Source: Octopus sinensis
Lineage: Eukaryota
Direction of reading: 5' to 3'
Assembly (NCBI RefSeq): GCF_006345805.1
Contig: NC_043000.1
Span: forward strand, 27,156,001 to 27,220,000
Length of the DNA stretch: 64,000 bases
A model generated the notes under the pieces. That model was given only the letters and a program-made list of their open reading frames with translations. It had not been told where the DNA came from and ran no database searches. The position numbers and the translations under genes are program-made. Within the stretch, counting starts at the first letter, position 1, and every line of letters starts with the position of its first letter. Shown here piece after piece: positions 39,066 to 53,607 of this stretch.

Positions 39066-41512
39066 AAATTTCGTTAGAACCCTTTTAGTCTTCTTAAATT
39101 ACCCAATAAAATACCATTGTCAGAAATTGGAAAAAAGGTACCAGTTTTCTATTATGCATTGAGATATAATTGATGAACTCGGCTCACAATTTCCGAAGTA
39201 TTTCTCATCAATATACAGCTATCAAAGCTAGTGAACTGGCTGAATATTTAGGACGCTGGACAAAATACTTAGCAACATTTCGTCCGTCTTTACGTATAGA
39301 GGTCAAATTGCACTGAGGTCAACTTTGCCTGTTGCCCTATAGAGTCGATAAAAATGTAACAGTTGGGCACTAGGGATCGATGTAATCGACTTACTTCTCC
39401 CTCAAAATTGCTGGCCGTGTACCAAAATTTGATAGGAATATATAGTTATGAGAATAAAATAGCAGTTATGCACTCTTACGGAAGCTTATTACATTCATAT
39501 AAAAAAGCATATAGTTTCTAGTTAGAGGTAAGCTTATGAGAAGAGAAGTACTACAGAAAAATAGCTATTGCACATACATTCATGCATATTATATTTGAGA
39601 CTGTATTTCCTTTTCTCTACTCGGACTCTATAGAATACATACTTTTGGCAAACATTTTAAGCATTAGTGAAGCTCACTTGCTACCTAAAGTGATGTAACC
39701 TTTTTAATTGGATGATCGTAAAGGATTTCACGCGAAGAATGTGCAACACTGTCCCAATTAGTCACTTTTGAAGAAGTTTGAATTGATGAAGATTAGATAG
39801 AAACGAAAACTAGGTGTGATCAGGATAAGAATTAAAATGTAATCTACTAGCATTGTAGTATAGTCAACTAATATTTCATGGAATCTGTTTACCAATTCCT
39901 CTGAGACACGTTATCTACGACATCTCGAAGCATTTCGATTAAATGTAAAGGATAATTGGAACTTGGTGGGCCCCATGTGGTAAAAAGAAATACAACTCCC
40001 AATTTTATTTAGTCGATTCCAGTTGTACCTCATGCTCTCTGCAAAAGGTTATGCACGTCATAACTTCGCCTTCTCTATCGTAGAAAACTAAAGCAGAACA
40101 AAATTAAAAAAAAAAACTATAAAAACTCACGTTCTACGACTAAAGATAAATTTGGCTGAAATTGATATCGATATCACACTTCTGTGTCAAGTATATAATC
40201 CATGAATATGTATTCCATATCTTTATGTGATCTACTATCACTGAAATGATAATAACTGAAAGATTACTCTTATATCTTTGAAAGAAAGAAGACATTTTGA
40301 AGAATTTGAAAATCTCTTTTTTCTTGTCGGTTTATTCACTGGTGAAAATAGTATCTCAAAACTGTTCGAGTTTTCTTTATAAACACCCGTGATACATTGT
40401 GAAAAGATTAATGTTGATGGTTAAATCGAATTCTCAATATATGTGGCAAGTCTGATCCAAGTTTTGATTGGATCTCATAAAACGACACCAAGCATATATT
40501 CTTTATTTTTTTCTACAGTTCCTTCACAAAGGAGGATTATCTCATTCCATTGAATAAGGGTTCTTATGATGTAGTATTCGAATTATTTGTAAAGCATTAA
40601 TATTACTGGAATTCATTCCGTAACTCTGCCGCAGCCACCCTTCAATAGATTTGTAAGATATAATTTACCCATTTATACCTCGTTTCATTTTTTTTCATAT
40701 AATACAACGAAGAATGTAAAGAATTCTTTGCTTTGTATTGCAATCTAAGACGCTGGTAGAGAATAATCTTTTTATGTAGCACGTTCCCTTAAGAAAGTAG
40801 GTCTGAGAATAGTGAGCATTTTTTAATGTTTTTTTTGTGTTTGTTTTTTATGAGAATTAGTTTAAGTCTGATGGTTGGACATCTGGTTATTCGCGCCAAA
40901 CAAGTCGGGGAAATACATATGTATTGAAGAAAGGAAAAAATACTTCAACTTAATTAACTGCAGTTCTTGGAATGGAACACTACAATTAAATATACACTCA
41001 ACAAACTGTTCCACACTGAATGTAATATGTTTTGTTTAAACTTCTTTCTTAAAACAAAGCAGCAATATTAATTGCAAATGCGTAAATTAAAACCTATCGT
41101 TTATGATTAATTTAGGATTTGGCGAACACGTTATTTCGAAGTCTGTAAGGCATTACTGCTTATAATTATTTTCGCAACTTTTTATCTTTTACCTCTCTGT
41201 AAATTCAAGAAAATCTCGTAAAACATACAATTATCAAATAATATAGATTTATTGAATTAGACTAGTATATAAAGTAGGTTAAAATTGGTAATTGATCACG
41301 AAATCGGAGTAGTTGAATGAATTATTATTGATTTCTCTTTTCAGGAGCCACAAGTACATCTTTCTGTACCAAAGTTATATATATTCTTCTGAATTGACGT
41401 CTCTTTTACTGAAACTTATAAACTTCGGAGCAAGGCAAAATGACGTTCATACATACTAGAAGGAAGTGGAAGAATTCTGTAAAGCTTTTAATGTAATATA
41501 AGTCCATTATAT

Positions 41513-41730
41513 ACATTATTCACGTTCGACGAATATTTTTCCTCATCTTATTTGTTGTTATCACAACGTTTCGGTTGATATATCCTCCAGCCTTCTTCAG
41601 GTGTCTTGGGAAATTTACCTTAGGAATAAGAACCCAAGTCGCCTGAAGAAGGCTGGAGGGTATATCAGTCGAAACGTTGTGTTAGTAACAAACAAGATGA
41701 GGACAAATATCCGTCGAATGTAAATAATGT
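41513..41730. repeat. Palindrome with ~98-bp arms, each carrying a minimal hammerhead-like core (Penelope-type inverted termini)
   Basis: acattattcacgttcgac..cttggg / cccaag..gtcgaatgtaaataatgt. The right arm reads CTGAAGA-A-GGCTG..CAGTC-GAAAC-GTT. Confidence 0.75.
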
Positions 41731-42184
41731 ACATAATTCATCATCTCTTAAATATAGAACTGTAATATAAGTTGCCCAGGTATTTCAGCTTTAAAATTGT
41801 TTAATATTACAAAGTAATTAGTGTAAAGAAAGTGATATTGAGTGCATAGCCATGTACATAAATATGTATTATAGATTTGCGATAGATTTATGTATATCTG
41901 TAGGCATATGCTAACCTGGTGTTTTTTGTTTATATATCAATTATTGCTACAGAAGTTGTGAATTGGGAGAAATTTTATAACACTGGAAATAAAATTGCCG
42001 TGTTTGTTTCAGCTCTTTATATTTTGTATCCAACTCCCGCTGAAGTCAACTTTGTCTATCAGTCGTTCCGTCGGAGTCGACAAAATAAACTACTAGACAT
42101 GTACTGAGATCAATGCAGTCAACCGAACCACTAGCTAAATGCTTGTGTGTGGCAAACCTAGAAAGAATTATGAATATGCTTTTC

Positions 42185-42578
42185 TACTCTAGGCACAAGG
42201 CACGAAGTTTTGTGGGGAGGGGGGCACTCCATTAGATCGACCCCAGTACGCAACTGGTACTTAATTTATCGACCGCGGAAAGATGAAAGGTAAAGTCGAC
42301 CACGACGGGATTTGAACTCAGAACGTAAAGACAGACGAAATACGTGTTTCTTTACTACCCACAAGGTGATAAACACAGAGAGGACAAACAAGGACAGACA
42401 AACGGATTAAGTCGATTATATTGACCCCAGTGCGTAACTGGCACTTATTTAATCGACCCCGGAAGGATGAAAGTCAAAGTCGACCTCGACAGAATTTGAA
42501 CTCAGAACGTAAAGACAGACAAAATACTGCTAAGCGTTTCGCCCGGCGTGCTAACATTTCTGCCAGCTCGCCGCCTTA
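42185..42578 (-). mobile_element. SINE family A with two body units
   Basis: Inverted head at 42540-42578 and two bodies. Confidence 0.85.
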
Positions 42579-43559
42579 AAACAATTATGAGTATTGACAA
42601 AGACAGAATTGTATAACAGCAACGAAATACCGCTAGAGTTAAATCCTTAATAAGCCACGACTCTATACCCTCAGATTTCAAATTTCGGCAGAGTCAATTT
42701 TACCCTTCGCTATAGTGGAGACGATTACATTAGTTAAGTTAAAAACTATCCTCCAACAGGACTAGTAGGTATGTGTTTGAGCTGGGAATCAGTATAAATA
42801 CAGACAGGCTACTGAAAACAAGATACTCGAACAACATATTCAAATTTCCTGGTAAATCGATAGAAGCATTCCATTAAACGTTGCAAAACTTTGCAGCTAA
42901 ATGAAAGCGTTTTTTTCCCCCTCCTTTCGCTTTCTCTCAAATACTACCAATGGAAGATAAACAACTCAACCAGACGTTTCATGCAGCTCTTGTGGTTTTA
43001 TCTTATAATATTTAATTTAAAGATTCTATATGTATTGAAATATTGCATGAAGATATACGTACGCCATTTATTAAATACGAGTAAAGAATATATATATGCT
43101 GGAATGGCGAGGTGTATATTCTTGTGTTATTTCTACGAGCGTGACTCATTGCTTAATAATATATCAGTATGTCACAGCATATATAAACTTTGTTACACAC
43201 CATTCAGGTATAGACATCTTGCAGAATTTATACGAAATCAATGGAGTTATAACGAAACGCCATATATGAATTACAATAAGATTTCATTGCGATATTTTTA
43301 CTCCCAAAGGATTGCAGTGTCGAACACATGTTGGAAATATTCATAGAATTAAATATTATTAGCCATTATCATTTATACAAATAAATACTTTTCTCCACTC
43401 AATTAGCCGGGCTCTCATGTATCACAAGCTGGTGTCCACAGTGGCAGAAGCTATCATTAAAAATATAAGACAAATCGTTCTGTAACTGGAGTAAGGCGCA
43501 AAGATTTCTTTCCTTCTTTTTGCCACTACCATGTGATAAGACACACAAACACACACACA

Positions 43560-43663
<104 letters not shown>

Positions 43664-44059
43664 TAATGTATACAAACACACACACATCTATGCACACACG
43701 TATGTATGGATATATTTGAGTGGGCGTGTATGTATATATATATATATTATATATATATATATATATAGGACATAGGATATATATATATGTGTGTATATAT
43801 TTATATACACACACACATATATATATGTACAAATATATACATATACATATATATAAGATATATATATATGTATATATGTGTATATTTGTACATATATATA
43901 TATATATGTGTGTGTATATATAATATATATATATATATATATGTACGTGTGCGTGCGCTTACAAATGCAATATATGTATTTGTTTATAATATATGTAGGT
44001 GTGTGTGCGCGCATATAAATGCAATGTATGTATTTATATGTTTATATATATATATATAT

Positions 44060-45647
<1,588 letters not shown>

Positions 45648-45650
<3 letters not shown>

Positions 45651-46479
45651 TAATATAGGAAGTTTTTTACAGAAAAAATTTCATCAAAAAGTTGCAGCAT
45701 ATTAAAATACCTTTAAAGGTTAAAATTATAAACAACTTATAAACAAATGTAAAGGAAAATTATTTCTATGCCAATATGCTGATAACAGACTTTGAAATCG
45801 TCAACTTCCGCATATTATATACCCACTACAGAAATAAGTTGTACTGAAATCGGGAAGCTAGTCTACAGAATTCTTTATAAATAGTTCGTTATTTCTATAT
45901 TGAATCAATTTCGTAATTAATCTCATAGATTTTTTCCCCTTTAGTAGAAAATACGATAAGAAATAAATGAAATACTTACATGCGCCCATGAAAAAAAGCC
46001 GAAGCAAAAGTCATGTGTACATATGAGTACCCCAGTTATATCTAAATATAAAATCCTTTGGCTAGCCTCAGTACACGTGTGAACTGTTCTCCACCACAGC
46101 TTATAGTGGTTACCAGTCTCTATAGCGAATAGTAATAAATATACTACTAATATAGAATGAAGTTTTTTACAGAAAAAAATTAATCAAAAAGTGGCAGCAA
46201 ATTAAAACACCTTTAAAGGTTAAAATTATAAACAACTTATATGTGCTCATGACTTTTGTTTCGGCTTTTATTCCATGGGCGCATGTAAGTATTTCATTTA
46301 TTTCTTATCGTATTTTCTACTGAAGAGGAAAATTTTTTTTTTATTTCTGTTGACTAGTTTCCCGATTTCAGTACAACGTATTTCTGTAGTCAGTATATAA
46401 TATATGGAAATTGACGATTTAAAAGTCTGTTATCAGCATATTGGCATAGAAATAACTTTCCTTTGCCTTTGTTTATAAG

Positions 46480-46481
<2 letters not shown>
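45648..46481 (+). mobile_element. Unclassified (TA)n-flanked foldback element (terminus T plus inverted body arms; second T inside the loop)
   Basis: T (tactaatataggaag..gcagcatattaaaatacctttaaagg) at 45648 and 46142; arms 45734-46024 and 46239-46481 are inverted copies. Confidence 0.65.
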
Positions 46482-46572
<91 letters not shown>

Positions 46573-46619
46573 ATATATGCGTATATATATCTATATATAT
46601 AAATATATGAATATATATA

Positions 46620-47470
46620 TGTACCAAATTTTCCCTCTTTTTGTCACTGCAGGATGTTCCGCTATGTGGAATGAGATCGAACGCATTTTTCTTTCAAAGA
46701 TATCTTTAAGATGCTTGTTCCATGATATGAAACTGTATCCTTATATCCCTCGTCTGATTCGTGGATTAATGGAAGATGATCCGGATCATCGCTTGCATTT
46801 TGCAGAAATCGCTTTCATTTTGCAAAAAAATGGCGGGAAAAGTTCAACGGTGACCCAACATTGGAAGAACAAGTTGTCTTGACTGATGAATCAAAATTTT
46901 ATGTTTCAGGGAGTCTCGTTCAGTATAACTGTGTATACTGGAGACAAGAAAATACTCAAATCACGATTGGGTATGTCCACAAGAGACCTGGCATAATGTT
47001 GTGTGCAGGTATGATTTATAATGGACTCGTGGAGCCATGCTCTATTGAAGGTGGCATAAATGAGGTCACGTATCTGAAACTTTTAGAAAAGAATGTTCTC
47101 TCTAAGTTAAAGGGACAAGAAGATTTTGAAGAATTATTGTAGCAGCAGAATGGTGCTCCCACACATTATTCATTGGCTGTCCGTAACTGGCTGAATAAAA
47201 TTTTCCTTTGATAGTTCGAATGAGAGGTGAAGGCTTGTGGAGTGGCCGGTTCGCTCACCTGGTTTAACACCACCATACTTGTTTGTGGGGTTATATAAAA
47301 GACCGTGTCAATCGTCAGAAGATTAACAGTCTTGAACATGTTAAGTAAGTTATTATCCAAGAATGTGAAACAATCCTGGTATACATATGTCGTAAAGCAC
47401 GTCGAGATGTTTCAATAGGGTTACAAGCCTGTGTTGCAACAGAAGCAGACCCTGTTGACCATGAAATGAA
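46620..47470 (+). mobile_element. Decayed Tc1/mariner-superfamily transposase, rosa/DD41D-like
   Basis: LYPY..EDDPDHRLHFAE, TDESKFYVSG..NCVYW, QQNGAPTHY..VRNWLN, EWPVRSPGLTP and WGYIKDRV. The long D2-D3 spacer suggests DD41D; the exact count is blurred by frameshifts. Confidence 0.75.
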
Positions 47471-47508
47471 AAACCGATTTAGCTATACAGTGCATTCATT
47501 AAATTGTA

Positions 47509-47553
<45 letters not shown>

Positions 47554-47735
47554 CCTCACACGCGTATCTTCTCATGAACGAAACAGACAAAATTGTTACT
47601 TCGTCGGACAAAATACTTAGCAACATTTCTTCCGCTTGATTACGTTCTGGGTTCAAATCAGCCGGCGCTAAATTTGTCTTTCATTCTTTCATGGTCGATA
47701 TAATAAGTGCCAGTGAAAAATGGGTGTCAGTCATA

Positions 47736-48140
47736 TCTATTTCTTTATTGCCCACAGAGGGGACAAACAAGCACAGACAAAGGGACTAAGTTTATCACAT
47801 CGACCTCAGTGCGTAACTGGTACTTATTTAATCGACCCCGACAGGATGAAAGGGAAAGTCGACCTCTACGGAATTTGAACTCAGAACGTAACGGCTGACG
47901 AAATATCTATTTCTTTACTACCCACAAGGGGCTAAACACAGAGGGGACAAACAAGGACAGACAAACAGATTAAGTCAATTACATCGACCCCAGTGCTTAA
48001 CTGGTACTTAATTTATCGACCCCGAAAGGATGAAACGAAAAGTCGAGCTCGGCGGAATTTGAACTGAGAACGTAACTGCAGACGAAATACGGCTACGCAT
48101 TTCGCCCGGCGTGCTAACGTTTCTGCCAGCTCGCCGCCCT
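47736..48140 (-). mobile_element. SINE family A with two body units
   Basis: Inverted head gctaacgtttctgccagctcgccgcc at 48113-48139. Confidence 0.85.
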
Positions 48141-48390
48141 GATGGGGTCAATGTTATCGACTCTTCCATTCCCTTCAACATTTCTGACCTTGTGGTATTA
48201 TAAATAATATACTGGATCGCTATTATTATTTTATTCTCTCGAAAAATCTTGTTTTCAGAATGCAGTTTCCAATAGCATCAAAAGTAGAACAAAATCTATT
48301 CTCTCATTCACATTTAAATTTGTTTGTATTTAGATATCATTGACATGTTAAGCGATATAAACTGAACTGATAATGTTGATATTTAATATA

Positions 48391-48844
48391 TATATCGCCA
48401 TGTTGATTCGCTAGCCTCTGCACGCATTTTTTTTCTCTCCTTGTTTCTCTCCGTGTTTCTTTTCTGTGTATCTTTCTGTTGAAGAGCGTAGGCTCGAAAC
48501 GTAAAAGACTTGTTTTATTTATATTCCTGAGCGCCATACTAATACAATTGTTTGTTTGTATTCCACCTGCCTTCGTATTTTGTTTATTTTCATATATATA
48601 TATGTTTATTTTGTTTATTTTCATATATGTATATAACGGGAAGCTTTATGAAAATAAACAAAAGACGAATGCAGGTGGAAGACAAACGAACAATTGTATT
48701 AGTATGGCGCTCAGGAAATATAAATAAAACAAGTCTTTAACGTTTCGAGCCTACGCTCTTCAACAGAAAGATACACGAGAGAGAAAAACACAGAAAGAAG
48801 GAGGAGAAAAAAATGCGTGCAGTAGCTAACGAATCAACATGGCG

Positions 48845-48849
<5 letters not shown>
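48391..48849. repeat. Foldback element with ~203-bp inverted arms, flanked by TA repeats
   Basis: atatcgccatgttgattcg..gaagagcgtaggctcgaaacgt..cctgagcgccatactaatacaattg is inverted at 48647-48849. Confidence 0.88.
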
Positions 48850-48922
<73 letters not shown>

Positions 48923-49525
48923 TAGGGGACCAGTCAATTAAATCGACCCCAGTGCACAACTACTGCTTAATTTATTGACCCGAAAGGATGAAAAGCAAGG
49001 TCAACCTCGGCGGAATATATTCTTTATATATTATAACTGTCACTGGTAGAAGACCGTATTGGTTCCAAGTCAAGGAATTTATATAATTAAAAAACCTTTT
49101 CCAAAATGACTGTCATTAATACAAAGATTGCTTACGGTCTTCATTAGAAATGAATGGATAGTGAGTTTGTTTAGATTTTTTTTTAATGCTGTCTATACAA
49201 GAAGTCTACCATTAAAACAGGAAGAAATCAAATCTATCAGACTGTGAGGTAAAAAAGTATCTGCTGGTAATGGAACTAGAAAGATGCTCTACTATACCTA
49301 GACGATGTACAAATCCAGTAAACCAGAAATATTGTAGGTAAGTATGGAAGAGGTCAACAGATATTAGTGAATATATACATACGGATTTAATAAAATTTAG
49401 ATTATTACAATAAATAATGATTATTATAAATTATAAAAAAATTAGATGAATTTAAGATTAGATTTATAAGTATTAAATTATTCTTTCCGTCACACATTAA
49501 TTCCTAAACTAATCAGAGAGTAATA

Positions 49526-49585
<60 letters not shown>

Positions 49586-49607
49586 GTGTGTGTGTGTGTG
49601 TGTGTGT

Positions 49608-49655
<48 letters not shown>

Positions 49656-50469
49656 GTATGTGTGTAAATATATACATTCATTGTTATAAAATATTGATGA
49701 TGATGTATGGGCATGTATGCATAAGGAAAAAAAACGGTTATATTAGTTAATATGTCATATGAAAAGTATTAATAATTCCAAGCTGAATGAAAAATAGGAA
49801 TTAATGTTTAAATATATAAATGAATTACGACATCAGAGGGAAACGGTAATAGTCTACAAATACTAGCTTGAAATACGTGTGATTAAAAATTCATAAAGTT
49901 TTATAACCGGATATAACCTAATATAATACATTGATTTGTCTGTATGCATATATGGGTGTATCTATTTATCTAAATCTACGTATCTATCTACCTATCTATA
50001 TTTTCTATCCCCCCCTCTCGCTATATTTCTATCTATAAAATGTATATATACAAACCACACACATATTGCATTTAAACATGTATATATAATATATATATAT
50101 ATATATGTGTGTGTGTGTATGTATATTCTATATACATATATATACGCACACACACACATATACATATATATGCACACATGTTTATATAAACACAGATGGA
50201 TATTCACAGAAATATCTCCATATATATTATGTAACACATTGTACATTGACAAATAAACAACAACATAGCATTAATGAAAATATGTTACAATGTATGCAAT
50301 ATAGGATATGATAATGAAGATTAAATATGCATAGAAATACATAGAAATTAATAATTGCTCAAATACAAATCTCAATATATAACTTGTCAAACATAGTCCA
50401 TGCATGATGGTTTATTGTATTAGCCAAATAAAGAACGTTCTTGTATCTATAGCAAATTTAAACTACAGG

Positions 50470-50655
50470 TAGGGCGGCCAGTTCGTAGAAACGGTAGCAC
50501 GACGAGCGAAATACGTAGCCGTATTTCACCTGCCGTTACGTTCTGAGTTCAAATTCCGCCGAGGTCGACTTTGCCTTTCATTCTTATGGGGGTCGATGAA
50601 TTAAATACCAGTTGCGCACTGGGGTCGATTTAATCGACTTAATCCCTTTGTACCA
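50470..50655 (+). mobile_element. SINE family A, single body unit
   Basis: Diverged head plus one body (gagttcaaattccgccgaggtcgactttgcc). Confidence 0.8.
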
Positions 50656-51535
50656 ATGCTGTCCTGAATATGCAAAAAAACCCTCCATACACACAAACTA
50701 CGAAAGACAATTGTCAGCGCGCAACAACAACCTTCCAAAGATTTCCTGAATAAGAGGTCCTAACTCCGAAATATTAAAAATAGCAAAACACAAGGCAAAA
50801 ATTACAAGCAACGTACTTGTCTTATTTCTTATAACACGCATTGTTTTGGCTTTTGCGAAATTGAAAAAGCAGCTTTTTAACACCCAACAATGCTGCATGC
50901 AGTCTGGGATTTCTTTTCGGTTTCAATAGTTTGGGTTACGTGTTTTTCTCGTCAGTTCTTTTAGAATATGATAACATATCTTCAAATAAATACTAAAATA
51001 AATTACAATTTTATCGACCACCCGTTACCATTGAAGTGTATATAATATTAATATTTATCAATCGAACCAGGTTTCGTTTATAATTCGGCTTAAAACCAGT
51101 GGTAGGTACATTTCTTATAATGTACAGAACGCGAAAGATATTCGAGACGAAGTTATTTCATTTAAAATTTACAACTGCTTCAATGGTGTCGGTGAGAATG
51201 TTGAAGATAAAATTCTGCTGCTTAAATACACAAATGCAGATTATGTTGCGTAGATTTTCGCAATGGTTATAATACACAGATCTGCTAATGACAACTCCCC
51301 AGTAAGCTTTACGTCATTCATAGTCACTTACTGCTGATGTACACATGCCAGCTGAGTTTATAAATTTTTATAGCCGCCATCTTATACATTTTTCAGTCTA
51401 AGCAAATTTTCACTTTGCTTTAAATTTCCTTAATATTCAAATGTTAACTGAGTTAACAAAGAGGTAATTTTTTTTTTGTTATAAACTAATAAAAATAGTA
51501 AAAAGAAATGTGTGAAATAATAATAATAATAATAA

Positions 51536-51575
<40 letters not shown>

Positions 51576-52650
51576 GTAATGGTGAACTAAAATTAAATAA
51601 ATTCGTCACCGGTATGTAAAATTGATTGAATATTTTCTATTGAATGGTTTATAATGGAGGATTTTGACCTCAGCCGTTAACGACGGGATTTCAGAGCAGA
51701 AAAATGATAAATACACTATGGAAAAAAATTAAAAAATATATATATGAAGAGCACAATAAAACTGTTGGATTCTTATTAAACAAGAGAGGAGAAGGATGAG
51801 AGAGTGACAAGGAGAATGATTAGGCAAGCGGAAGAAAGAAACGGTGAATGAAGAGGATAAATATATTGAAAGATGGAAGAAAGAAATGACGAAATATATA
51901 AAAAAGATAGAATCCTATTGATACAATATCATTGTACATGATTACAGTATGTAGAATGGAATAGCAAATGGATGCGCCAATAGGGTAACTAGTTCAAGAA
52001 GAAGAAGAAAAAATGGAAAAACCGATATTGAAGGAATCTACGTTTTAAAGGCACAAGAACTATAGAAATGTCAGTTCCAGAAGAAGAGCCAGCAGACACA
52101 ATGAACTGCTTGGATAACTCTTTTACAGCATGGAATATAATTTGCAAATTAGTGAATTTTCAATCATATATTTTTGTGCTCGTGTGTGTATGTGATTATT
52201 TTTTAATAATATCTCCAAACGGATACATGGAAACATATTCGCATAATTACAGGCACACGCTTGTCCATTCGCATACACATATTTTATATGCATACTTCAA
52301 TTCATGCCGATAAGCACACGTAGGTGTGTGTGTGTGTGTATGTATGTGCGTCTTACAACACATACATATAAATACATAAATACATGCACACAAGCACACA
52401 CATATGTATGTATACACAAACTCTATCTCTCACACATATACAAGCATACACGCACGTATAAAGTTATATCAATTATTATATAGTCACACGTCTGTCTTGA
52501 TCAAACATACCTATGATCAAATGTGTTTCAACTTTGACTATTCCGTTTTTTAAGACAATATTTATCCTTGACTGTAGTATCCAAATGCAACGTTTCTGAT
52601 TTTGAAGATAACAGGGTGTGATCTGTTGGATATCTGACTGTTATTTCTAG

Positions 52651-52913
52651 CACCAGCATCGGTGGTTAAGCGATGTTGGGAGAAAATGTATTTTTTACAA
52701 CTGCAATGAGTTTATCTTTAGAAGTTTACTCTTTTACTCTTTTACTCTCTAACTTGTTTCAGTCATTTGACTGCGGCCACGCTGGGGCACCGACTTTTAG
52801 TCGAGCAAACCTACCCCAGGACTTATTCTTTGTAAGCCTACTACTTATTCTATCGGTCTCTTTTGCCGAACCGCTAAGTTACGGGGATGTAAACACACCA
52901 GCATCGGTGGTTA
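52651..52913 (-). mobile_element. Rearranged SINE B 3' fragment plus flank, paralogous to 54311-54527
   Basis: gggagaaaatgtattttYacaactgcaRtgagtttRtctttagaagtttactcttttac is shared with 54311 onward; caccagcatcggtggtta occurs at both ends. Confidence 0.7.
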
Positions 52914-53538
52914 TTTTCTAGCACCCTGATTGCTGAAAGAACATGTATCTGTTGTTTGAAACATTTTCAATGACAGAATATCTAAACTATATTATCCTCT
53001 AAAGCTTACCTTCTATAATACCGTAAGATATGAGTACTGAGATATTATATTGCTATTTCTAGCAGGCTGGGTGACCATAAAATAGCTTTTTCCTTCATCC
53101 AAATGTCTTACGTTGACAAAAATGGTGGAAAGTTCATTAAAATATTTTACGGTATTTAGAGACATGCCTTACGTTTATGTTTTCAAAATTGATTGTAATT
53201 TCACGGATGCCCGCTCCTGAAAATATTGTCAGCAGTTCTTTGCTTCTCACTGCGAGAGACACCATTTTCTTTTCAAAACATGCCATTGTGCCCCTCGAAA
53301 GATTCAGATATTTAAACAAGTTTATATACGCACGTTCAAAATACCTTGTACATCCACGCGCGAGCACACGCACACACACCTATACACACACATACACACA
53401 CACAAAATCCCATCTAAGCACTTACACACGCTTGTGTGCGCATGTATGTGTGTGAGTGTATGTGAATATTTGCATGTATATACACATATATATATTTATA
53501 CGCACACACACAGAGAAATATATATATATATATATATA

Positions 53539-53607
<69 letters not shown>

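Noticed and set aside
39500-40900. Possible L1-like ORF2 3' relic on the plus strand
   Set aside because: Hints (GGLG-like and FPIP-like pieces) are too degraded to support a call by eye.
42891-43346. 151-aa plus-strand ORF
   Set aside because: Non-ATG start, composition typical of AT-rich non-coding DNA, and no recognisable motif.
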